A stretch of DNA of 12,925 bases, from assembly GCA_964626665.1 (NCBI GenBank), contig CAZVGK010000053.1, positions 1-12,925 of the forward strand. Reading direction: 5' to 3'. The notes beneath the pieces were generated by a model. The model saw only the letters and a program-made list of their open reading frames with translations, did no database searches and was not told the DNA's origin. Within the stretch, counting starts at the first letter, position 1. Each line of letters opens with the position of its first letter. The translations under genes and the position numbers were made by a program. This document shows positions 1-6,331 of this stretch, in pieces. The DNA comes from an uncultured Gemmatimonadota bacterium. Lineage in GTDB: Bacteria > SM23-81 > DAOVCL01.

Positions 1-1
1 C

Positions 2-679
2 CTAAAGATTCTGACTTTCAAAGATCTGTTTAGCAACAATTTTGACTACGCCACCAAAAAATCTGTAATGAGGTTTTTATTCAACAAGGCTCTTCTTGAC
101 GATAAAGGAAGAAAAGTTGCAACTGTTGGCCCACTACATAATGATCTAGAAGGAAATATTATAAGTCAAATGTCCACAACAATTGGCTTTTATTCTATTT
201 TATTGAATTATGTGATTGATGCTTTAATAGATAAATTTAAACCTGATGATATAGTTATAATAGAGCATCTCTATAAATCACCTTCATTTACTGATGATAA
301 AAAAGAATTAATTTCATTATGTATCAAACATATGCTAAATAATAATATATTGGAATTTATTCATATGATTGTACCTCAAATAGAAGATAGTTTTAGACAT
401 ATATTAAGTATATCAGGCGGATATGTATTAAAACCTACCAGGTATGGTGGGTTTAATTACAAATCATTTGATGAGATTTTACGCGACCCTATCATGACTA
501 ATATTTTCGGTGAAGATGCAATTACATACTTCAGAATATTATATACTGACCCCAGAGGTATGAATTTAAGAAATGATGTTTGCCATGGAATAATATCAAT
601 GAAATCATTAAATAAAAATATTATGAATAGGTTGTTTCACAGCCTTTTATGCCTCGCTCTTTTAAGAAAAAAGAAATAA
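2..679 (+). CDS. DUF4209-domain (HEPN-like) protein, 5'-truncated by the window edge; probable integron cassette gene
   Basis: The frame is open from position 2 through the ATG at 68 to TAA at 677-679. The C-terminus has 'PQIEDSFR...SFDEIL...RILYTDPRGMNLRNDVCHG', the DUF4209-type pattern with an R-x4-H (RNDVCH) HEPN motif. It is visibly more AT-rich than the rest of the window. Confidence 0.75.
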   Translation, partial: LKILTFKDLFSNNFDYATKKSVMRFLFNKALLDDKGRKVATVGPLHNDLEGNIISQMSTTIGFYSILLNYVIDALIDKFKPDDIVIIEHLYKSPSFTDDKKELISLCIKHMLNNNILEFIHMIVPQIEDSFRHILSISGGYVLKPTRYGGFNYKSFDEILRDPIMTNIFGEDAITYFRILYTDPRGMNLRNDVCHGIISMKSLNKNIMNRLFHSLLCLALLRKKK

Positions 680-688
680 AATATTGCG

Positions 689-766
689 AACCAACATCGG
701 CTAACTGAAACGCTGTTTGCCTAAATAATTGCGCCCTAACAATGCCGGCAGTTCCGACCGCTAACG
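689..766 (+). other. Degenerate candidate attC site after the DUF4209 gene
   Basis: An R''-like AACCAAC lies at 689-695, just after the stop codon. CGG-CT-AACTG (698-707) can pair with CAGTT-CCG (749-756). GCTAACG (760-766) follows where GTTRRRY is expected. The inner stem is poor. Confidence 0.35.
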
Positions 767-769
767 TCT

Positions 770-1023
770 GGTATTCCGGGGAGGTATCCCGGGGACACTA
801 TACTTGTTTCTTGATATAAACTTGACACACAACTGAATCACCTACATGTCAGGAATAGCAAGGGTCATTGCCCTGGGCTTACCCCCCATATTAGCTAACG
901 GGCCAACAGAAGGTAGTAAACCTTCTTCTCAGATGAAGACTATGCAGCTTACAAAAAAACCGGGAAGAAAGCCAAAAAACACAAATCAGTATGGTGCCCC
1001 CGGATTTGCCCAGCCGGATTTGC
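770..1023 (+). mobile_element. Non-autonomous, internally deleted RAYT/IS200-like (Y1 HUH transposase) element
   Basis: Inverted ends CCGGGGACACTATACT (789-804) and AGTATGGTGCCCCCGG (988-1003) are 14/16 complementary. The left end motif is tandemly duplicated (GGTATTCCGGGGA 770-782 / GGTATCCCGGGGA 783-795) and the right end motif is duplicated (CCGGATTTGC at 1000-1009 and 1014-1023). The ends enclose a transposase relic. Confidence 0.75.
846..990 (+). pseudogene. REP-associated tyrosine transposase (RAYT, Y1_Tnp) remnant
   Basis: 846-884 reads MSGIARVIALGLP. After a frameshift, 887-952 reads HIS*RANRR**TFFSDEDYAAY, matching the recalled RAYT N-terminus 'MARIARVIAPGLPHHITQRGNRRQQTFFxDEDY'. 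It then joins directly to KKPGRKPK, typical of RAYT C-termini. The HUH and catalytic Tyr core is missing. Confidence 0.8.
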
Positions 1024-1029
1024 TCTGTC

Positions 1030-1036
1030 GTTAAAC
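1030..1036 (+). other. attC R' core site (GTTAAAC) opening cassette 2
   Basis: It is an exact GTTRRRY match ending 10 nt before the ATG at 1047, and is complementary (6/7) to the cassette's closing R'' CTTTAAC at 1590-1596. The rest of the upstream attC is absent or replaced by the RAYT relic. Confidence 0.7.
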
Positions 1037-1046
1037 GTAAAAATAA

Positions 1047-1595
1047 ATGAATCAGAAAACCATAGCCTATTTGAAACGTAGAACGGCTGAGTTGGCCATT
1101 GGTAGCTCAACTTTAAGAAATCAGGGAGCTGCTGGAGTAGTAAAGGTAACTCGTCAGTTTCTTGCCAATCTTGATTTGAAGTCGTTCTCTGTAAATTCTG
1201 TACAGGAGTTCAACAAAGCCTTAGATCAATCTACTGAAGATCTTATTCAAGCTCTTCCAGAAGGCGCTCGCAATTGGGGTACAGCTAGGAAGGCCCTCAA
1301 CATCTTCTTGAGGGACTGTATCTACAACCAGTTTCTATCTTCACACTTCGTAATTTCTCAAATCCACCCATGGCTTGAGATTCCACTAGACAATCATGTG
1401 GCATCAGGTTTAAGGATGACTTCTCACAAAAAGAATCTGCCGAGATGGGTATCAATCAAAAAGCTCAAACGTAAGGACAGTGACAAATATCAAGACGTGG
1501 CTGCAAAAGTAGCTGATAAAATAGAATGTAATCGCGTTGACCTTGACATCTACCTTTGGCGGCAAGTGGGTATCAGAGAAATACAAAACCTTTAA
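1047..1595 (+). CDS. Uncharacterised cassette protein with Ogg/AGOG-like helix-hairpin-helix DNA glycosylase motifs
   Basis: The 182-aa ORF fills the cassette and its stop lies inside R''. Motifs WGTARKALNIFLRD, EIPLDNHV and DLDIYLW parallel, in order, the Ogg2 motifs G-x-K-x-A-S-H-F-L-R-N, I-I-D-R-H-I and L-D-L-Y-I-W. The CDS is near certain; the function is inferred. Confidence 0.55.
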   Translation: MNQKTIAYLKRRTAELAIGSSTLRNQGAAGVVKVTRQFLANLDLKSFSVNSVQEFNKALDQSTEDLIQALPEGARNWGTARKALNIFLRDCIYNQFLSSHFVISQIHPWLEIPLDNHVASGLRMTSHKKNLPRWVSIKKLKRKDSDKYQDVAAKVADKIECNRVDLDIYLWRQVGIREIQNL

Positions 1596-1661
1596 CAAGA
1601 GCATGAAGATGGATTTTGAAAAGCTGGCGCTTTTTAAAACCACTTATGCCAGCCGTTGGAA
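1590..1661 (+). other. attC recombination site (72 bp)
   Basis: R'' CTTTAAC, 4 nt, L'' GCATGAAG, central stem TGGATTTTGAAAAGC/GCTTTTTAAAACCA, L' CTTATGC (pairs with L'' leaving one extra base), 5 nt, R' GTTGGAA at 1655-1661. Confidence 0.9.
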
Positions 1662-1681
1662 CACGAAAAAGGATGAAGCCT

Positions 1682-2569
1682 ATGCCTGATCCAGGGCAAC
1701 CATTGGCAGAGGTTTTCGGCCATTTGACAGTGGATCACACAGAAAAGGCCGTTCGTTACCGCTCTCGTCGGCTCTGCCCCTTTAACAACAAGGTACCAAA
1801 TTGCACCAAGGATAAAGCGAAGAACCCGCTTGGCGTCTGCACTATTTATCACGATGGCCATCCGGTTATCACTTGCCCAATCCGATTTCGCGAGGACTGG
1901 ATTATAGCCGACGACGCAGCCAGCTTTTTCTTCAAGGAGGGGACCGTCTGGAGTTCCCTTACAGAGGTGCGACTAAATGACTTGCACGGCAAGACTGCAG
2001 GTAATATCGATGTCATCCTCGTCGCATATGATAACAATGGAAAAGTGTATGATTTCGGCGCTCTGGAAATCCAAGCGGTATACATTTCTGGCAATGTGCG
2101 GGATCCATTCGAATACTTCATGAAAGACCCAAAGGGCCGAGCGTCAATGGACTGGTCTAAAGAGCCAAACTATCCCCGTCCTGATTACCTTTCGTCTTCT
2201 CGGAAGAGACTTGTTCCACAGCTTCTTTTCAAGGGTGGAATTCTTCACGGTTGGAAAAAGAAGATTGCCGTGGCTTTGAACAAAAGCTTCTTTGCCACTC
2301 TACCCAGTTTGAAACAAGTTCCGAAACGTGATGCAGACATTGCATGGCTCATCTATGATCTGAAATTGCTTAAGGAAAAGGATCAAGGACCAGGGAGATA
2401 TTATCTCACAAAGGTGGATGAAGTCTTCACTGAGTTTGAGCCCGCCTTGCTTTCTATCACCACACCATCGCCCGGGAAAGTAGAAGATTTCATAAAACTG
2501 CTTCAAGAAAAACTCGACGAGCAACTTGAAACTCCCCCAACGAACAAAACAATCGAAAGGCCATTTTGA
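1682..2569 (+). CDS. NotI-family type II restriction endonuclease
   Basis: It has an N-terminal Cys4 cluster (CPF..CTK..GVC..CPIRF) like the NotI iron-binding domain, and PD-(D/E)xK-variant motifs GNIDV...LEIQAVYISG. The start is placed at ATG 1682 (AAAGGA at 1668-1673), with 1673 as an alternative, because the ORF-track start at 1616 lies inside attC. Confidence 0.85.
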   Translation: MPDPGQPLAEVFGHLTVDHTEKAVRYRSRRLCPFNNKVPNCTKDKAKNPLGVCTIYHDGHPVITCPIRFREDWIIADDAASFFFKEGTVWSSLTEVRLNDLHGKTAGNIDVILVAYDNNGKVYDFGALEIQAVYISGNVRDPFEYFMKDPKGRASMDWSKEPNYPRPDYLSSSRKRLVPQLLFKGGILHGWKKKIAVALNKSFFATLPSLKQVPKRDADIAWLIYDLKLLKEKDQGPGRYYLTKVDEVFTEFEPALLSITTPSPGKVEDFIKLLQEKLDEQLETPPTNKTIERPF

Positions 2570-2570
2570 C

Positions 2571-3560
2571 ATGACGACACATAGACAAACATCGTTATTT
2601 CCCGAATTATATAAGGAAATAGAAATACCGAAGCCCGTAAATGTAGCGTCTGTCCCGCAGCGAAGCCCCTTTCGATATCCCGGCGGAAAGACCTGGTTTG
2701 TGCCAACATTCCGACAATGGATGGCGCATATGAATCGAAAGCCACGTATCTTCGTTGAACCCTTTGCGGGAGGGGGGATAATTAGCCTTACTGCTCTCTT
2801 TGAGAATCTCGTTGACAAGGTAGTCATGGTCGAGTTGGATGATGAAATTGCTTCAGTTTGGGAATCCGTTATCAATGGTGATGCGGAATGGTTGGCCAAT
2901 CGTGTTCTTACTTTCCATCTAACCAAGGAAGCCGTTATACAGGAAATCAAGGAAATTCCTAACACGAAAAGGGAAAAAGCGTTTCAGACTATTCTAAAAA
3001 ATCGAACGCTTCATGGGGGGATCCTCGCCGAGGGTTCAGGATTTCTTAAATACGGAGAGAATGGGAAAGGGATCCGGTCTCGTTGGTACCCACGAACAAT
3101 TGCGAAAAGGTTTCTAGCCCTGAATCATGTCGCGAGTAGGATCGATTTCCGATGTGACGATGGAATGAAAGTGATGCTGGAATTTTGTGTTAATCAAGAA
3201 GCTGTCTATTTTATAGACCCTCCATACACTGCTGGTGGAAAGAAAGCTGGCAAACGTTTGTACAAACACTATGATATCGACCATGAGCACTTATTTACGG
3301 TGTGCGAGTCATTGAAGGGCGATTTCTTAATGACTTATGATAATGCAGAAGAAGTGAAGAGTTTGGCGAGAAGCCATGGGTTCCAAATGCGTCTGATTCC
3401 CATGACCAATACACATCACGCGATAATGGAGGAACTGGTTATTAGCAAGGATTTGTCATGGATGGACAGATTCCCCGCGGTGCGTGAACCTGAAGCCGAA
3501 TATGTAGTAGGAAAAAGCAAGAAGAAACGTCCCAACAAAGGGGTGGAGCGGACACGCTAA
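2571..3560 (+). CDS. Dam/D12-class N6-adenine DNA methyltransferase, cognate to the endonuclease
   Basis: Motifs SPFRYPGGK, FVEPFAGGG (SAM binding) and FIDPPY (catalytic) are in alpha-group order. ATG 2571 follows the REase stop by 1 nt, with GAAAGG upstream. The stop codon falls in the loop of the next attC. Confidence 0.9.
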   Translation: MTTHRQTSLFPELYKEIEIPKPVNVASVPQRSPFRYPGGKTWFVPTFRQWMAHMNRKPRIFVEPFAGGGIISLTALFENLVDKVVMVELDDEIASVWESVINGDAEWLANRVLTFHLTKEAVIQEIKEIPNTKREKAFQTILKNRTLHGGILAEGSGFLKYGENGKGIRSRWYPRTIAKRFLALNHVASRIDFRCDDGMKVMLEFCVNQEAVYFIDPPYTAGGKKAGKRLYKHYDIDHEHLFTVCESLKGDFLMTYDNAEEVKSLARSHGFQMRLIPMTNTHHAIMEELVISKDLSWMDRFPAVREPEAEYVVGKSKKKRPNKGVERTR

Positions 3561-3589
3561 TCGCGTGCCGCTCACCCCCTGCGGTAAAT
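3530..3589 (+). other. Terminal attC site with a degenerate R' box
   Basis: R'' TCCCAAC (complementary 6/7 to the cassette-opening GTTGGAA), 4 nt, L'' GGGTGGAG, stem CGGACACGC/GCGTGCCG, L' CTCACCC, 5 nt, then GGTAAAT instead of GTTRRRY. Box spacing is identical to the attC at 1590. Confidence 0.85.
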
Positions 3590-3689
3590 TCCTTGCATCT
3601 GTGTATCTTGCAAACTAAACGATAGACTTCGGGGAGATTGGTACGGCATATCGCATCCTTTCTAACCCGAATTATTCACAAAAATCTGC

Positions 3690-3771
3690 ACAGTAGCTTC
3701 AAATTACCAATAGCTGAAAGGTCAAACCCCTTGATCTGACCGTGGCAGAACAGGGGTTCTGCCACCTCGCT
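3690..3771. repeat. Structured REP-like repeat, copy A
   Basis: The first 57 nt are 45/57 identical, ungapped, to 12021-12077. It contains hairpin GGTCA..TGACC (3720-3741) and a perfect 10-bp stem GTGGCAGAAC/GTTCTGCCAC (3742-3765). Confidence 0.8.
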
Positions 3772-3888
3772 TTTGAGGATGGGGTTATCCGCAACATTCA
3801 AGGTGTCAGCAGATTAAACAAAGTCGTTGGAAATTTATGAATAGATCGGGATAATCCTCATTTTCCTCACAATCCTTTATAATTTGGT

Positions 3889-4935
3889 TCATTTGGAATG
3901 AAGGTCTAACCTCATCTCTCCTATCTCCTCAATGACTGCCGTAACCAGCGATACAGTGGCGGCGACATCTGCTTGGCGGGCTATGCCCACCGGCGAGTGG
4001 ATGTAGCGCACCGGGCAGGAGATGGCCGCTGCCTTTACCCCAGCTCGGGCTATCTGATAAGCCCGGGCATCGGTAGAACCTGCCTTTTTCACGATCAACT
4101 GATACGGGATGCCACGCTTATCCCCCAGCGTGGAGATATAGTCCACAAGATCCCTGTCGGCAAGCATTGTCCTGTCCATAATCCTTAGTTCCGGCCCAAG
4201 TCCGTGCCTGGCCAACCTCTTCTCCTGGGGAACCCCGGGGCAGTCGTTGGCGATGGTCCCCTCTAGGGCGATAGCAAGATCCGGGGCTACGCTAAAGGCT
4301 GATGCTGATGCTCCCCTTACCCCTATTTCCTCCTGGACAGCACCAACGAGGTAGAGGTCGGCAGAGCTCTCTTTGGCCGCCTTTAAACCCTCGATCATAG
4401 CGAACACGCCGATCCGATCATCAAATGCCTTGCCAAAGAGGCTCTCCCCGTTGTCGAAGAAATGGGAGTCAAAGCCTACATAGTCCCCCACCCTTACGTT
4501 CTTTAGAACTACATCACGGGGCAGTCCGGTGTCAATGAAGCAATCCTCAATCTCGGGAACCCGACCCAATTCGGATTGCTGACCTCTGGTCAGATGGGGG
4601 GGAGTTGATCCTACAACCCCCTTGATTAACTTCCTCCCAAAGATCTTTACCCTCTGGGCATAGAATACCCTCTGGTCAACCCCTCCCACCGGCAGAACTC
4701 TGACAAACCCCTCCTTGTCTATGTGGTTGACCATAAATCCCACCTCATCGATGTGGGCGTCAAGAACCAACCGGGGGGGTGATCCCTTCCTGTGCCCAAT
4801 GACCGAGCCCAAGTTGTCCACCCAGACCTCATCACAGAGGCCTTTCAGCTCCTCCTTGACGATCTCCCTGACCTCATCCTCCCTTCCGGAAATCCCAAAG
4901 GCATTGGAGAGCCTCTCTAAAAGGGAAAAATCCAT
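3889..4935 (-). CDS. M42 family metallo-aminopeptidase (TET/FrvX-like)
   Basis: Metal-ligand motifs DAHIDEVG, KAFDDRIG, VQEEIG, ALEGT and RYIHSP. An AGGAGG Shine-Dalgarno precedes the start. Confidence 0.93.
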   Translation of the reverse strand: MDFSLLERLSNAFGISGREDEVREIVKEELKGLCDEVWVDNLGSVIGHRKGSPPRLVLDAHIDEVGFMVNHIDKEGFVRVLPVGGVDQRVFYAQRVKIFGRKLIKGVVGSTPPHLTRGQQSELGRVPEIEDCFIDTGLPRDVVLKNVRVGDYVGFDSHFFDNGESLFGKAFDDRIGVFAMIEGLKAAKESSADLYLVGAVQEEIGVRGASASAFSVAPDLAIALEGTIANDCPGVPQEKRLARHGLGPELRIMDRTMLADRDLVDYISTLGDKRGIPYQLIVKKAGSTDARAYQIARAGVKAAAISCPVRYIHSPVGIARQADVAATVSLVTAVIEEIGEMRLDLHSK

Positions 4936-5148
4936 CTTTCCTCCTATTTCTTAGCGAAGTTTCGAATTTCAAATTGAAAGTGCAAAAGCAAAAATCACCC
5001 TTGCTTTCAACCTCCTACAATCTCCAATTTTCAATTACTGGCTGCAAAATTGGATACAAATTCTAAGATCTTGTCTTATGAAGTCGGTTAGGGCCTCCTC
5101 GCTCCCCCCCGAGATCCCCTGGCCTCAACCCTACCAACTGGCTGCCCT

Positions 5149-5177
5149 AAATTAGCTTATTGGTTGGGCCCTGTCAA
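5149..5177 (-). promoter_or_regulatory. Putative sigma70 promoter for the M42 peptidase
   Basis: Minus strand TTGACA (5177-5172), 17 nt, TAATTT (5154-5149). Confidence 0.5.
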
Positions 5178-5242
5178 GCGATTATTGAGCCTGATTTGAG
5201 AATAACCAATCTACCCTTTCCCACAAAAGATTGGGAAAAATT

Positions 5243-5271
5243 TTGACTTTTCCCTCAAGGGTTGTTATATT
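5243..5271 (+). promoter_or_regulatory. Putative sigma70 promoter for the HAD-acpS-propeller operon
   Basis: TTGACT (5243-5248), 17 nt, TATATT (5266-5271), with an extended -10 TG at 5263-5264. It ends 17 nt before ATG 5289. Confidence 0.7.
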
Positions 5272-5288
5272 CTTCTCAAGGGGGAAAA

Positions 5289-5972
5289 ATGATAAAGGCC
5301 ATAATTTTTGACTTGGACAACACCCTGGTCGATTTTATGAAGATGAAGAGGGACTCCATCGATGCGGCCGTAGAGGCCATGATCGATGCGGGCCTGGATA
5401 TGCCCAAGGAGAAGATAAAAGCTAAGATTTACGATATCTACGAGGCGGAAGGGATAGAATATCAGAAGATCTTTGACCAATTTCTCACTAAGGAACTAGG
5501 GGGGATAGACCCCAAAATCCATGCAGCGGGAATAGTGGCCTATCGTAAGGCCAGGGATGCGGCCTTGGTTACCTATCCTCACGTTGATTATACCCTTATT
5601 GAGCTGGCCAAAAGGGGGATAAAGATGGCCGTGATCTCCGATGCCCCCCAGTTGCAGGCCTGGCTCAGGCTCTGTCAACTAAAACTTCATCATCTATTTG
5701 ACTGCGTGGTCACCTTTGAGGACACCGGTGAGCTTAAACCCAATCCGGCCCCCTTCCTCAGGGCCCTGAAGAGCTTGGGGGTTGAGCCAGCAGAGGCCAT
5801 TATGGTGGGCGATTGGCCGGAGAGGGATGTGGTGGGAGCAAAGAGGTTGGGTATCAGGACTGTATTTGCCCGGTATGGGGATACCTTTGACACTACCAGC
5901 TCAGGTGCAGATTATGAGATAGATGACATCGCTAAGTTGTTGAAACTGGTCGATGAGGAGAACAGACGATGA
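5289..5972 (+). CDS. HAD superfamily hydrolase, subfamily IA
   Basis: Motif I FDLDNTL, motif II ISD, motif III KPNP and motif IV MVGDWPERDV. The start is at ATG 5289 after AAGGGGG. Confidence 0.92.
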   Translation: MIKAIIFDLDNTLVDFMKMKRDSIDAAVEAMIDAGLDMPKEKIKAKIYDIYEAEGIEYQKIFDQFLTKELGGIDPKIHAAGIVAYRKARDAALVTYPHVDYTLIELAKRGIKMAVISDAPQLQAWLRLCQLKLHHLFDCVVTFEDTGELKPNPAPFLRALKSLGVEPAEAIMVGDWPERDVVGAKRLGIRTVFARYGDTFDTTSSGADYEIDDIAKLLKLVDEENRR

Positions 5973-6331
5973 TTGGGGTAGGGGCGGATTTGGTGGAGAC
6001 GGAGAGGATGAAAGGAGCCATTGAGAGGTGGGGGGAGAGGTTTCTCATCCGGGCTTTTACCCCTGAGGAGAGAAACTACTGTCAGGGGAAGACCCGCCCT
6101 TACCTCCATTTCGCTGCCAGGTTTGCAGCCAAGGAGGCGGTGCTTAAGGCTTTGGGGGGAGGGGTAAGCTATGTAGAGATCGAGGTGTTAAATGACCACA
6201 GGGGTGCGCCTCTCATCAGGTTACCCGAGAGGCTGCGCTCCCGCTTCAAGGTGGTTGTTTCCCTTTCCCACACTAAGAGTTATGCTCTGGCCTTTGCCTT
6301 GGTGGAAAGGGGAGGAGAAGCCGATGCTTAG
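5969..6331 (+). CDS. acpS: Holo-[acyl-carrier-protein] synthase
   Basis: GVGADLVE, FAARFAAKEAVLKALG, GAP and SLSH motifs in 120 aa. ATGA overlap with the HAD gene. Confidence 0.95.
   Translation: MIGVGADLVETERMKGAIERWGERFLIRAFTPEERNYCQGKTRPYLHFAARFAAKEAVLKALGGGVSYVEIEVLNDHRGAPLIRLPERLRSRFKVVVSLSHTKSYALAFALVERGGEADA

Noticed and set aside
822-850. TTGACA as a promoter driving downstream cassettes from within the RAYT relic
   Set aside because: The -35 is perfect but there is no convincing -10 at 16-18 nt spacing.
846-1034. 62-aa ORF as a real small protein
   Set aside because: It is a chance read-through of a frameshifted, internally deleted RAYT relic and its terminal repeat.
1616-1681. 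ORF-track start of the endonuclease at 1616
   Set aside because: It lies inside the attC of the previous cassette. ATG 1682 (or 1673) is inside the cassette, and 1682 has a Shine-Dalgarno.
2526-2570. TTG start of the MTase at 2526
   Set aside because: It overlaps the REase by 44 nt. ATG 2571 directly follows the REase stop and has a Shine-Dalgarno.
2300-2965. 221-aa minus-strand ORF
   Set aside because: It is antisense to two well-supported RM genes and has no recognisable motifs.
6192-6323. N-terminal extension of the propeller ORF
   Set aside because: It overlaps acpS out of frame. ATG 6324 has GGAGG and starts a clear signal peptide.
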